Assembly (NCBI GenBank): GCA_951406725.2
Contig: OX597820.1
Location: forward strand, 35,650,001-35,714,000
Length of the DNA: 64,000 nt
Direction: 5' to 3'
Origin: Octopus vulgaris
Taxonomy: Eukaryota
Below the pieces are notes generated by a model, which saw nothing but the letters and a program-made list of their open reading frames with translations, was not told where the DNA came from and ran no database searches. The translations under genes and the position numbers were made by a program. Below are positions 38,544 through 53,650 of the stretch, one piece after another (within the stretch, counting starts at the first letter, position 1; each line of letters opens with the position of its first letter).

Positions 38544-38930
38544 CTCTAAAGTATACCTGCTTATATATCCCTGAATAACTAGCTGACTAGATACGAGCCC
38601 AGATCAGCTTGATCGAGCAGGCCTATTACCAAACTATATGTCAACCATGTCGACTTCGTCCACGTTTTGCAGTGTACCTTGGACTACATTATCTGTCTTG
38701 TTCTTCGCATGTGATCCGCGGGAAATTTTGTGGCTATCTTTAGCAAGAATAGTAATTCGTGTATGGATACATTGATAGTCTATCTGTGCTTGTGAGTATA
38801 ATAGATTTTGCTTCTGTTTTTGTGTGTCCGTATATATCCGTGACTGTATCTCACACACACACACACACACACACCACAGACATACACACACACACACACA
38901 CACATACACACACACATATATACATGTATG

Positions 38931-38990
<60 letters not shown>

Positions 38991-38992
38991 AA

Positions 38993-39310
38993 GGAGCATG
39001 GCTCAGAGGTTAGAACGTCGGACTAACAGTCATGAGGTAGTGAGTTCGTTTCACGGAACAGATATTTGAGCAAAACACTTTATTTCACGTTGCTCCAGTT
39101 CACTCACCTGTAGGAATGAGTTGTGACGTCGCTGGTACCAAGCTGTATCGGTATTTGTCTTTCCCTTGGATAACATTAATGGCGTGGAGAGAGGAGGCTT
39201 GGGCGACTGGTGGTCTTCCATAAATAACTTTGCCCAAATTTGTGCCTTGGAGAGGGACTTTCTAGGTGCAATCCCATGGTCATCCATGACCGAATGGGGG
39301 ACTTTACTCT
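38993..39310 (+). mobile_element. SINE family B variant with a different tail
   Basis: tRNA-like head plus GAGCAAAACACTTTATTTCACGTTGCTCCAG core. The tail CTAGGTGCAATCCCATGGTCATCCATGAC is shared with 47310-47605 (minus). Confidence 0.75.
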
Positions 39311-39357
39311 TCATATGCATATATATATAAACACACATATACATATATGCATATATG

Positions 39358-39426
<69 letters not shown>

Positions 39427-39780
39427 GTTAAAAAAACACAAACTGGGACAAGAACGTGAAACATTTTGAAGACGACAAAAAAACAACACAGACGGGACTT
39501 TCGAAGCTCTCAGTCATCAGTCAAGAACCAGATCATCTTCGCAACATATATGCATATATGTATATGTGTGTGTATATATATATACACGCAGACAGACAGA
39601 CTGGCTGTGTGGTTGGAAGCTTGCTTCTCAACCACATGGTTACGCATTCAGTCCCAGTGCCAGTCTTCTGGGTGGATTTGGTAGAGGGAAACTCATAGAA
39701 AACCCGGTCGTATATATATATATATATTACACTTTGTTCTCTTATATATCTATATCTATATATATAAACGAAGTTCTTTT

Positions 39781-40240
39781 TTAGTCTAAAATATACTCTC
39801 CTTCATTTTCTACAATGCTCTTCCATCTATCTGATAGATTTGCAAGTCACCTCTTCTAAAATTCACTTGTCCATGACGAAAAATACTCCTCCAGTACTGT
39901 TCTGACCTTGTCTAGAGAATTCAAACATTTTGCATCCAAATGATTTTGAAGATTGTGGAATAAATGATTATCAGATAGGGCAATGCCCGGTGGAGTTGGC
40001 CATTGTTTCCCATTCAAACTACTCCAGCATTTGGAATGTCAACTTCGCTGTATGTGGAAGCATTATCCTGATGGAAGTATGGCTGGTTGAATGACCAAAT
40101 GCAAGCTCCTCTACTAGATCCTCAACAGTTACCATGGGATTTCGTTCCACCAGGGCTTGCAGGATGTCCTCGTTGAGCTCTACAAATCTTCCAGGACGGG
40201 GCTTGTCATCTAGGCTGTAGTTTCCGGCTCGGAATCTCTG
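39781..40240 (-). pseudogene. Internally deleted mariner transposase remnant
   Basis: RFRAGNYSLDDKPRPGR...LVERNPMVTVEDL (HTH) joined to PSDNHLFHNLQNHL...LSDRWKSIVENEGEYILD*. Confidence 0.88.
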
Positions 40241-40441
40241 CTCATCTTTCTCTGTCATAGTCAATACGACGATCACACGCTACACACCTTCCTTCCAAGC
40301 ACTACTGTAAACATTGGAAGTGAGCTAGAACGTTAAAACTTTGTACGCATGCACAGGAGAGTTCAGGGTCAATCTTTGCCAAGCAGCTTCACTCTGCGTG
40401 CTTTAGCTTTGTTACTATGGCAACAGTCCAGATCAGACCAC

Positions 40442-40513
<72 letters not shown>

Positions 40514-40594
40514 ATATATACATACATACATACATACATACATACATACATGCATGCATACATACATATATTCATACATACATGCATACATACA

Positions 40595-40625
<31 letters not shown>

Positions 40626-41774
40626 GGGGGGTGAAAGTGAGAGAAAGAGAGAGTGGTTGTGTATTGCGCATATGTACATGTACATAGTTTCCTTCATTCA
40701 TATATACACACATACATGCCTTTTTTCCTTGTTTCAATCATTAGACTGCGGCCATGCTGGGGCACCGGTTTGAAGAATTTTTAGTTGAATGAATCGACCT
40801 CCAGTACAGCCGAGTACATATATTCTATCGGTCACTTTTACCAACTCGCTGGGTAACGGGGACGTAAACACACCAGCACTGGTTGACAAGCAGTCTTAGA
40901 TGACAAACACAGACACAAAGACACATACACACATAGATATATACATGCATGTATATGATGGGCTTCTTTCAGGTTCTCTCAACTAAGTTCATTCTCAAGG
41001 CATTGGTTGGGCCGAGGCTACAGTAGAAGATACTTGCCCAGGGTGCCACGCAGTGGAGCTGAACCTGCGACCTTCTAGTTGGGACGCAAGCTTTTTACCA
41101 TACAGATATATACAGATATGTGAGTGTGTGCGTGTGTGCTTGTGTTCATGGTATAAGCCGGCTTACACACACACACACGCACACACACGCATAAAGACAT
41201 AGACGCTTAAGCATATATATATGAATTTAGAATCCTGTGGAAATAAACGTACTCAATACAGAAACAGTGTGTCACTATATATGCTTTATAATATGTGCCC
41301 GTTTGTATATCCCTTTTTACCTAGCTGACAAGCCACACTCCCAGTTCAGCCTGATCGAGCAGGCCTACTATCAATACAAATGTCACCATATCAACCTAGT
41401 TGATATTTTACAGTTTACCTTGGACTGCTCTATTTACCTTGTTCTTTCTATGTGATCTGAGGGGAAATTTGTGGTTATTTTTAGTTAGTGTAGTGCGTCC
41501 TGTATGTATATTTTGCAATACATGTATATGTGCTAGTGAGCATAATAGATTTTGCCGCTGTGTTTCTGGGTCAGTATTATATCTGTGTCTGTATCTGAAT
41601 GCCTATATGTATATCTGCTTGCATGTATATATGTGTGTGCTCACGTATACACAGACGCACAGACACAGGTGCCCATGCACAGACACACACAAACACACAC
41701 AAATACACACACAAATTTATAATATATTTCGGGCTGAAAGGTATAAGAGAATAACAGTAAAGAATATATAAATA

Positions 41775-41817
<43 letters not shown>

Positions 41818-41829
41818 TTTACTTTATAC

Positions 41830-42014
41830 AGTTCTATATTTAAGAGATGAGGAATTATGTACGTTATTTACATTTCACGGATATTTGTCCTCATCTTGTT
41901 TGTTGTTAACACAACGTTTCGGCTGATATACCCTCCAGCCTTCATCAGGTGTCTTAGGGAAATTTCGAACCTGGCTTCACATTCCTAAGGTATTTTTCGA
42001 TGTTGGTGATATCA

Positions 42015-42080
<66 letters not shown>

Positions 42081-42272
42081 TCACTGCCTTGAATCGAACT
42101 CGGAAACTTGGGGTTAGTAGCCCGCGCTCTTAACCACTGCGCAAAATGCCGCGCTATTAACCCAGGTTCGAAATTTCCCCAAGACACCTGATGAAGGCCG
42201 GAGGGTATATCAGCCGAAACGTTCTGTTAGCAACAAACAAGATGAGGGCAAATATTCGTCAAATGTAAATAT

Positions 42273-42275
<3 letters not shown>
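41830..42275 (-). mobile_element. tRNA-headed hammerhead SINE with an inverted partial copy at its 5' end
   Basis: Full minus copy 41830-42150 (head, (AAT)n, HHR, tail). The inverted piece 42159-42275 carries a second HHR and lacks the last ~30 nt. Confidence 0.88.
41908..41953 (-). ncRNA. Minimal type I hammerhead ribozyme motif, intact core
   Basis: GACAC-CTGATGA-A-GGCTG-GAGGGTATAT-CAGCC-GAAA-CG-TT-GTGTT. 5-bp stem I, 5-6-bp stem II, palindromic AACGTT stem III, GUU triplet. Confidence 0.85.
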
Positions 42276-42308
<33 letters not shown>

Positions 42309-42623
42309 GAAGCAAAAACGGATTAGAGGGCATTAAAACGTTCGGACAGATAGACAATACAAACGTGGACAAGAGAACAAACAATAAGAAGGACAGGCAA
42401 AAAAGACGGGTCATTCTTGGCTTTCTTTCATCAGTCAAGTACCAGAAGTCACGACGATTTCGGACAGTTACATTCAGCTTCACGTTCTCGTTCGTCGGAG
42501 AGTTTTGACTTATATGTATATATGTAGACTTGCATGTGTGGTTAGAAATTTGCTTCTTAACAGCATGGTGCAGGGGTTTCAATCCCGCTGCATAGAGCTT
42601 TGAGCAAGCGTCTTTTTCTATAG

Positions 42624-42873
42624 CAGGGGTCGGGGAACTTTTTTAACGACTTTCCTCGAAATATATTTATTTACGCCGACGTTACACCTTTGATTTGAAA
42701 GGAAGGAAATCATAGATTCCTTAAATTCAAAAGGTTTATTGAAGAAAAATTATGTCGTAACAAGGAATAATTTTTTTATATGATTTTACTTATGTCTAAT
42801 GAGTCTTCATTAACCACAAGAATTTGACTATTACCCCCACTTCGTGTATTTGATCCCGATTCGCCAATCCCTC
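42624..42873. mobile_element. Old hAT-type MITE inserted in a SINE
   Basis: Ends CAGGGGTCGGGGAAC and ATTCGCCAATCCCTC. Degenerate 8-bp TSD TTCTATAG/ATTTATAG. The SINE A sequence resumes after it. Confidence 0.55.
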
Positions 42874-42955
42874 ATTTATAGCCTAGGGCCGGCCACCAAA
42901 GCTTTCTGAGTGGGTTCGGTTGACGGAAATTAAAAGATACGTGTGTGTGCGTGCG

Positions 42956-42994
<39 letters not shown>

Positions 42995-43438
42995 TTGTGT
43001 GTGTGTGTGTGCGCGCGTGTTGTTCATAAGTACGGTTGAGTGGTTAAGAAGTTCGCTTCGCAACCACTTGGTCTCCTGTTCTGTCCCATTATGCCAGCAG
43101 ACTGGGCAAGTTTTGTTTTCTATAGTCCCGGTGCAACAATGCCTTGTAAGAAATTTCGAAGACAGAAACTGTCTGAAGCCTTCGCAACAACATGGATCCA
43201 GACCGGAAATACAATAGACCATGCTGCCATGCTCCATGGGCGACAGTCTTCAACCTCGGGCCGATTTGCTCAACTAAAGGCGGTACTCCATCATGACCGC
43301 AGTCAAATGACTGAAACAAGTAAAAGTGTATATATATATATATATATATATATACATCGGCCTTATCTAACTTTAATATATACTGCTCTATAACATAGTG
43401 TGCTTCTTTTTTCGGATTTATGTTATTACAGATGACAG

Positions 43439-43475
<37 letters not shown>

Positions 43476-43858
43476 CACATAGTTTTCTACATAAATGTAT
43501 ACGTTCATACATTTTTTCCGTCACTAGACTGAGGCCATGCTGGGGCACCGACATGAAGTAATTTTAGTCGAATGAATCAATCCTAGCACTTATTCTTTGT
43601 AAGCTTGTATTTATTTTATTGCTCATTTATGCCGACCCGCTAAGTAACGGGAACGTAAATGCACCAACACCAGTTATCAAGCAGTATCAAGCAGTGGTAG
43701 ATGACAAACACAGAGACAAAGACCCATACACGTATGTGTATGGGTCTTTGTCTTCTGGTACTTGACTGATGAAAGAAAGCCAGGAATGACCCGTCTTTTT
43801 TTGCCTGTCTTTCTTATTGTTTGTTCTCTTGTCCACCTTTGTGTTGTGTTGTCACACA

Positions 43859-43956
<98 letters not shown>

Positions 43957-44613
43957 CATACATATATATGAGAGGTTTCTTTCTGATTCCGTCTACTATT
44001 CACTTACAAGACATTGGACAGTCCGAAACTATAGTAGAAATCATTTGCATACAATGCCACACAGTGGGGCTGAACCTGGAACCATGTGCTTCGGAAGCAA
44101 GCTTCTTACCATACACATATATACAGATATGTGAGTGTGCTTGTGTGTGTTCCCTATATAAGCCAGCTTACACGCGCGTGCGCACGGACACAAGAATATA
44201 TGGATTCACAAACATATGGAAATAAACATGCTCAATACAAAAACAGCGTGTAACGATATATACTTTATATATATATGCCTTTATATCTAGCTGACAAGTC
44301 TGTCCCAGTTCAGCCTGATCGAGCAGACCTGCTATCAACAGAGATGCCAACCATGTCGACCTCGTCGATAATTTACTGCTGGGGGGAATTTCACATTTGG
44401 GGGAAATTTTGAGGCTATCTTTAGTAAGTGTAGCAATGATTGCATACGTTGCTAATTGTGTAAGTGTGTTGGTGAGTATAATAGATTTTGCCGCTGTGTT
44501 TGTGTGTCCGTTTTATATCCGTGTCAGTATCGCAATGTGTCTGTCTGTATATGTGTATGCATGTGTATATGTGTGTGCGTACATACACACACACATATAG
44601 AGATAGAAAGTGC

Positions 44614-44762
44614 AAAACATATTTGCCAACATAAATTGGCAGTCCTGGTTAGGACGATATTACTACCTTTTTTTTAGCTCCAGATGTTTTCCTGGGGCTA
44701 AAAAAAAAGGTAGTAACATCGTCCTAACCAGGATTACCAATTTACGTTGACAAATAGATTTT
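44614..44762. repeat. Palindrome related to 37381-37648
   Basis: ATTTGCCAAC...TTTTAGCTCCAG is mirrored by CTGGGGCTAAAA...GTTGACAAAT. Same downstream GTACTGTTACT...TCTCGCTCA tail. Confidence 0.85.
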
Positions 44763-44829
44763 ACTCTGTAGTACTGTTACTACTTACTTCTCGCTCATAT
44801 ATAACTAAATATCTTCCTCTTTTATATAT

Positions 44830-45918
<1,089 letters not shown>

Positions 45919-46127
45919 ATATATATATATATATACATATATTGTATTTGTGCAGACTTGGGTGTGTGGTTAGAACTTTGCACCTGAACCATATGGTTCT
46001 GCGTTCAGTCCCGCTGTATAGAGCTTTGGACACGTGTCTTATATTATAGCCTCGAGCTGACCAAAGCCTTATGAGTGGAATTGGTTGACGGAAACTGAAA
46101 TAAGCACACGCGTACGTACGTGCGTGC

Positions 46128-46178
<51 letters not shown>

Positions 46179-46402
46179 TTTCTCCCCCACTACAGCTTGA
46201 CAACCAGCGTTAGCTTGCTTACGTCCCCGTAAGTTAACGGTGCAGTTGAAGGCACTAGGCACTGATTGAATAAGTAGCAGGCTTTTTAAAAAAAAGTACT
46301 AAGAGAAAAAAAAATATCTTTCAAAGGCGGTGCCCCAGCATGGCCGCAATCTAATGACTGAAACAATTAACACAAGGATACATGTGTGTGTGTGTGTGCG
46401 TA

Positions 46403-46458
<56 letters not shown>

Positions 46459-46948
46459 TGTGTCTGTGCGTGTGTGTGCACGCGCATAGTTTTCCACACA
46501 CACACATACACACACACTTTTACTAGCAGGCACGTTTTCTTGTGTGAGTATAAACGAGCGTGTGTTTGTGATTATCGATGTTTATGCTTGGATCTGTGTG
46601 TGCGTGTGCGAAAGAGAAGAAGAAGAAGAAGAAGAAGAGAGAGAGAGAGAGAGCGTATGTGTTTGTGCATGTGTATGTATGTATTTCATCACAACATGTA
46701 AATATATATATATATAATATATATCTGCTTTCAGTTATAAGAGAGTACGCACGCATAATATATATAATATGCTCCACTCACACAGACGAGGTTGCCTGTT
46801 TATCACTGCATAAAAATATTTGTGATTGTATATTTATGAAGTGCATATATTTCTGCACATGTACATTTGTATTCCTATCAGCAGATGTGTCCATATTCGT
46901 GTATATGTGCATATCTTTCTGTCTTCATCTATCTGTCTATCTATCTAC

Positions 46949-47011
<63 letters not shown>

Positions 47012-47058
47012 CCTATCTATCTATCTATTTACCTATCTATCTATATATATATCTACCT

Positions 47059-47092
<34 letters not shown>

Positions 47093-48331
47093 GATCTATT
47101 TGTCTATCTCTGTGTATGTATATGTAGGTACGTATGCATATATATGAATGTATACAAGCATGTATGTATGTACGTATGTACGCACGTATGTACGCACGTA
47201 TGTACGCACGTATACACGTGTATACTTCTATGCGTGTATGCATGTATGCATGGATGTATATTTGCTTACGTATGTATGCATGCATGAATGCATTATTTTT
47301 GCGTGTACGTCATGAATGACCATGGGATTGCACCTAGAAAGTTCTCCACCGAGGCACAAGAGCGGGCAAGGTTGTTTATGGAAGACCAGCAGTTGCCCGT
47401 GCATACCAGCCTCCCTTCTACGCGCCACCGATGCTATCCAAGGGATCCTAGCTTTGACCATTTCGCAACTCATTTCTACAGCTGAGTGGACTGGAGCAAC
47501 GTGAAATAAAATGTCTTGCTCAACAACACAACACACAGCTCGGTCCGGGAATCGAACTCGTTACCTTATGATCGTGCGCCCGACGCTCTAGTCTCTGAGC
47601 CTTGCACCTTCACATATGCACGTATGCACGTATATATATGTATGAATAAATATTGATCTGATGGAAGTAAAGTGAAAGACATCTGTTTCGTAACACGTTA
47701 ATGTTTCCTGGATTTCAGAACGACGCTGAGATCACATCCTAGCTTTAACCAGTGCTTTCTTTGATAGCCAGGCACCAGGCGGAGAGCTTATTATGAACTT
47801 TGTTTGATGCCTTGAATCCTTATATTTATTATGTGTGCATATAAGTATCTATGTAATGTATGTGTGTGTGTATGTGTGTGTGTGTGTGTGTGTCGTGCGT
47901 GTGCGTCCGTGCGTGCTTGCGTCCGTGCATGCGTGCGTGCGTGCGTGCGTGCGTGCATGCGTGTGTCCGTGCGTCCGTGCGTGCGTGTACGTATGGAATT
48001 CCCTCCCTGCTCGTCTCTTTCCTGTAGGTGTCGTCTCAGAACGTTCCAAAAGAAATTCGAAACACATCAATCAATCTCACCACTGTAGGAGGTCCTGGAA
48101 TAGCCAGGGGCACTGTCCCTCCCTCCAGAACGTGCAAAGACATGTGTGCGTGTGTGTGTGTGTCTGTGTCTGTGTCTGTGTGTGTGTCTACGTGTGCGTG
48201 TGTGTGTTTGTGTCTGTGTCTGTGCGTGTGTGTGTGTGTGTGCACGGGCATCGGTGTGTTTACCTCTGTATTTCTCTATACCTATGTATGTATGTATGTT
48301 TGTATGTATGTATGTGTATATATACACACAC

Positions 48332-48363
<32 letters not shown>

Positions 48364-48529
48364 ATGTATATATATACACATTACATATACATTACACATG
48401 TACATATATATATCCATATATATATATATATAGACAGGTATATATATATATATATATTTGTATGTATGTATGTGTATATATACACACATATATATATATA
48501 TATATATACATACATACATATACACACAC

Positions 48530-48612
<83 letters not shown>

Positions 48613-48884
48613 CTGTATACGTCTTCCGTGATATGTGTGTGTACCTGTTGATTATGACAGCGTATCAGAGAATATACACACACGCACATAAGTGTGTGTG
48701 TGCATATTTTTTATCTTATCTTTTACTTGTTTCGGTCATTGAACAGTGCCCAAGCTGGGGCACATCTTCCAATGCTTAAGTCGAACAAATCGATCCTAGT
48801 ACTTATTCTATTGTTGCCGAAACGCTTTGAGCCCGGGTGACAAACATACACACAAAGACACACACACACATATACATCTAGTAA

Positions 48885-48940
<56 letters not shown>

Positions 48941-50942
48941 ATATTGTAACAAACTTCTTTCTCAACTACATGGCAAGTGTTTTCTACTATAACCTTGGGC
49001 CGACCAAAACTTTCTGAGTTGATTTGGTGGGCGGAAACTGAAAGAAGCCCGTCGCATATATATATATATATATATATATGTATATTTCTGGAGCCTCAAC
49101 CTAACTTTTAAAAGGTGGTGCTCCAGCGTGGCCGCATTCAAGTGACTGAAACAAATAAAAAAGTAAAAGAATATATATATTTATATATATATATATATAG
49201 TGTACGTGTGTATTGTGTGTGTGTGTGTGTGTGTGCGTGTGTGTTTTTGTGTCTGTTTGTCTCCCCACCACCACCACTTGACAACCGATGTTGATGTTTT
49301 ACATCCCGTGACGAAGCGGTTCGACTGAAGACCCCGACAGAATAAGTACTGGACTTTAAAAATAAGTTTTAGGGTCCATTTGTTCAACTGAAACCCATCA
49401 TGTCCACCCACAGTCCAGTCAAATGACTGAAACAATTATATATATATATATATATAATATTACATACAGGTTGTGTGGTAAGAAGCTTGCTTCCCAACTA
49501 CATGGTTCCGGGTTCAGTCCCACTGCGTGACACCCTGGGCAAGTGTCTACTACCATAGCCTCGGGCCGACCAAAGTCTTGTGAGTGGATTTGGTGGACGG
49601 AAAATGAAAGAAGCCTGTCGTGTATATATGTATTTGTGGGTCTGTTTGTCGCCTCACCATCGCTTGACAACCGATGTTGGTGTGTTTACGTCCTCGTAAC
49701 ATAGCGGTTCGGCTACAATTGACCGATAGAGTAAGTACTAGACTTACAAAGAATAAGTCCTGTGGTCGATTCCTTCGACTAAAGGCGGTGCTCCAGCATG
49801 GCCACAGCCAAATGACTGAAACAAAACAGACTTCTACAGTTTCCGTCCACCGAATTCACACAGACGGCGTTCGGACTGAACCCGAAACCACGTGGTTTGC
49901 AAAGCGGGGTTTCTCTACCACGAAGCCATGCCTGCGCTTATGTACACACACACACACACACACACACACATACGCACAGTTGTCACGCACACACAAACAG
50001 TTATACACACACACACACACACAAACGCACACACACACATAAGCACATATTATAGACATACTGTCACACACACAAGCACATGATACTATACATACACACA
50101 CGCACATACAAACACAGGTACACACTTACACAACACACGCAAACACACACACACACACATGCATATATAAATTGTCCAATATGTGTACAGTGTCATGTGC
50201 TTGAGTGTGTGTGTGCGCGCGCGCGTGTTGAAGTGCGTGTGTGCACTCGACCAAGTGCGTGTGTGCTTCCCATGCCAGCTCAGCGTAGTCGCAAACCGTT
50301 AGACACACACGCATAGTAGTTGTAGTAGTGGTGGTGGCGGTGGTGGTGGTGGAGGTGGTAGTAATGGTGAGATGAAGGAGGTCTGAATGGTTGAAAAGTG
50401 TATTACGAAATAAAACATCCCACTGTTTAATACTAGAACGAGGCTGACCTTTGTATTTTGCATAATGTTCAGAGGTCATGCTGCTACGTACGCAGTAAAT
50501 ATATAAGTACCTTCACACACACATAGGATCACGCGCAAACATTTAAACATATACTTACTTATACCTATATGCACATGTACACACACATAGCCACAGGCGG
50601 CAAGAGTAATCGCGCGCGCACTTACAGACATACACACACACACACATACGCGTGCACATACTCTTATTCAGATCTAAACACAGCCACAGGCGGTTGCACA
50701 CACGCATATACATGCAAACACGCTCACACAGACACAGCCACAGGCTGTTAGAACAGTTGCACACACGCACATAGCCGCAAGCAGCAAGCGCAGTCACAGC
50801 AAACTCACACGCGCATACTCATACATCTACTCGCACACACTCTTCACTCATACAGCCACTCGCACAGTCGCACACACTCGCATACTCATACAGCTATTCG
50901 CTATTGCGCGCACGCACCTTTCTAACCTCATATCCGTGTCTG

Positions 50943-50978
50943 TATATAAATAAGCTAAGCTAGCAGGCTTGCCATTTC
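50943..50978 (+). promoter_or_regulatory. Candidate TATA box and initiator of the PH-domain gene
   Basis: TATATAAA at 50943-50950. YYANWYY match CCATTTC with the A at 50974, 31 nt from the TATA start and 335 nt upstream of the ATG. Confidence 0.6.
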
Positions 50979-51308
50979 AGACAGTGACCTGAAACAAGTC
51001 TATAATCAGCAGCCAAGCTGGGTTTATAAAACCACAACCACAACACACAAGTCATTTACTTTCCATGCTGTGTGCGATTCTACTCTAAACTGATCGTTTC
51101 TCGTTTACTCTACTACAATTCGCAACAAGTTTATTTTGTTGTTTCATTCGTCTTACCCATATATATCGTACCTTCGTATATATAACTCGCCTTCTATACT
51201 ACGATCTTACTAAAACCGCAAGTTGGAGCTTTTATTTTCATCATAAAACCACTATATTGAATTTTATTTGGAAACGTGACAGCTAACATATATTCTCCTA
51301 ACACAACA

Positions 51309-51806
51309 ATGAAGGGTTTTCCTTGTATCGACGCTTTACCAGCATCTCTCTCTGCTGTTGACGAAAACATGCCGTTGCCAAACGAACAGGGCGCACCTGT
51401 AAAATGTGGTCATCTCTACCTAATCATAGGGCCAAACAGACAACTGGCCGTTTTTGTCAACGTCTACTGGAGCGGCTTCGAACACTTTGCTGTCATCTAT
51501 CGGGACAAGAAATTCTGTAATGCTTCCGCTTTCATCCGTATCAAGAGATGTGTGGTGACCAAGGATTCACAGAAAGGAAATCGCTTTGTTATAATTCCGA
51601 ATAACAGCGAAGGTTGTACCATTGTATTTGAGTGTGAAACCGAGCGTGAAGCAGATGAATGGGTGAAGTCCTTGTCGTATAAATCTTACAAAAATAATCG
51701 TTGCTGCCTATCGAAACCCTCTATCGTACCCGAAATGACGGTACCCATACCAAAGTCTCCTGTTCTACCAACTCTGAAAGAATATGACGAAGATGAAGAT
51801 GTTTGA
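51309..51806 (+). CDS. Small, apparently intronless PH-domain protein (165 aa)
   Basis: Non-repetitive ORF, ATG in context ACAACAATGA. PH hallmarks VKCGHL (beta1), FAVIYRD, IRIKRCVV, NRFVII and IVFECETEREADEWVKSL (C-terminal helix with the conserved Trp). Acidic tail SPVLPTLKEYDEDEDV. Confidence 0.88.
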   Translation: MKGFPCIDALPASLSAVDENMPLPNEQGAPVKCGHLYLIIGPNRQLAVFVNVYWSGFEHFAVIYRDKKFCNASAFIRIKRCVVTKDSQKGNRFVIIPNNSEGCTIVFECETEREADEWVKSLSYKSYKNNRCCLSKPSIVPEMTVPIPKSPVLPTLKEYDEDEDV

Positions 51807-53612
51807 ACGTTGGAAGTTCCCTCAGTGTATGTATAAATATCTACACATGCACATTTTTAACGAAGTAAAATATATATATAATATATATACATTTCTCTAT
51901 GAATGTGTATATTTATATATATTCGTGTTCTTTTGTTCTTACAAAATCCAGCATTCCCATTTAAAGTTCTTTATCTTTCTCTTCTTTCGAACTCCTTTGA
52001 AAGAAGTGGAAGGTTGGATTTTTTTTTTTAATATTTAAATGGTGAAACATGACAAAGAAGCTGAAGAGGAAAAAATTGAAAAAATACAGAAAGGAAGATT
52101 TTTTCTTTCTTTTCTTCTCGTTTTTAATTACTTTTGTTTTCAAGAGGGGAAGAAAAAAAAACCAAAGTTCTTTGAAAGACTTTTGCTGAATAAGAATACC
52201 CTGAAGAAAAAGAAAGAATGGATGATAACAACAGGGAAAGAGACGGACAGAGACAGAGAGACAGAAAACGTGGTGATAACCGAAAAATATCCAGAAACCA
52301 GATGACTACCCTGGGTCTGGTTAACAGAAGGAAAAAAATCATCCACGTTTTGTTTTTCAAAAAAAGGGAAGAAAATGCCCTCCTGGGAGGAAGTTCACAG
52401 TAAGAAAACAAAAAAAAATCAGAAAAAAAACCCATTTATTTCTATTTATTTTTTGTGCTTTTTAAAGCGGCCCACAAGGAGACAGCAACAACCCACAGAA
52501 TTAATTTTTCAGATGAATTAATTACTGATCTGATGATGATGATTATGATGACGATGATGATGATGATGACACTACAATTTGTTCCAGACACTAAGAAGGA
52601 AAACACTATAGGAACATTTTTCATTTAATTTTTTTTTTTTTATCCTTTTGGAAAACTTCATTTTCAGGAATTGATCGGACCTCAAAGGGACTTGTTGATA
52701 ATATATTACAGTGATATAGGGGTGAGAAGGAACTTGCCCTCAACTAACATTTAAACAACAACAATAAGAAGAACACCAGTTACAGCTACCAAGAAGAAAT
52801 AACAAACTTTCTCTTCACTCAAAAAAGGAAAAAAAAAAATATAGATCAGAGAACAAGATAAAGACTCAAAATCAGAAATATCTATAAAGAGCCTTATATA
52901 TTCAACAGACCTTGTTATATACATTCATATGTGTGTGTATACTGTGTATGTATACATACATACACACACGCACACACATACATATATATTATATATATAT
53001 ATATGAATGGGCTTACTGTGAGTCATTTTTTTTGTTCTTTGACTTTGGTATTGTTTTTGTTGTTTTTCCTTTAAATTTCATTCCTTTCACACCGATTGTG
53101 ATTTTTGGAACTTATAAAATGACTATTATTCATTCATTTCATAACGCTGTGTCGTTTCATGTGAGTGACGTTTTCTTTTCTTTACATTTTCTTTTTATTT
53201 ATTTCTTTTTTCTTTTTTTTTTTCTTTTTGCAAAGAAAAACAAATTCAAAGATTCTTCCATATTCCTCAGTTCCCTCCCTCCCCCCATACACCTTTGTTC
53301 TTTGTTCTTCATCTTCTTAACAGCCCCCATCCCTCCAAATATATTGATCTGCCAGGCGATATAAGGGAATATATATATATATATAGGTGTGGCAGAAAAA
53401 CCACCTATATTCACACACACACACACACACAAATATTTATATGTATGTGTGTATATATATATATATATTGAAGAGACAGGGAAGTGAAAGACAACGTGCA
53501 GAATCTCAAATACTGCTTTTAATTATTTATCATATTTAAATAATATATTTATTAATGTACATTCTTCACTTCCCCACCCCCCGTCTTGTGGTCTGTTCAG
53601 TTTTTCATGTGG

Positions 53613-53650
<38 letters not shown>

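Noticed and set aside
39481-39545. CTGATGA motifs in a repeat family (also about 42420 and 43761)
   Set aside because: GAAA and the stems cannot be assembled consistently across the copies, so no ribozyme is called.
51276-51308. GTG start given by the ORF track for the PH gene
   Set aside because: Eukaryotic locus; the ATG at 51309 has a good context.
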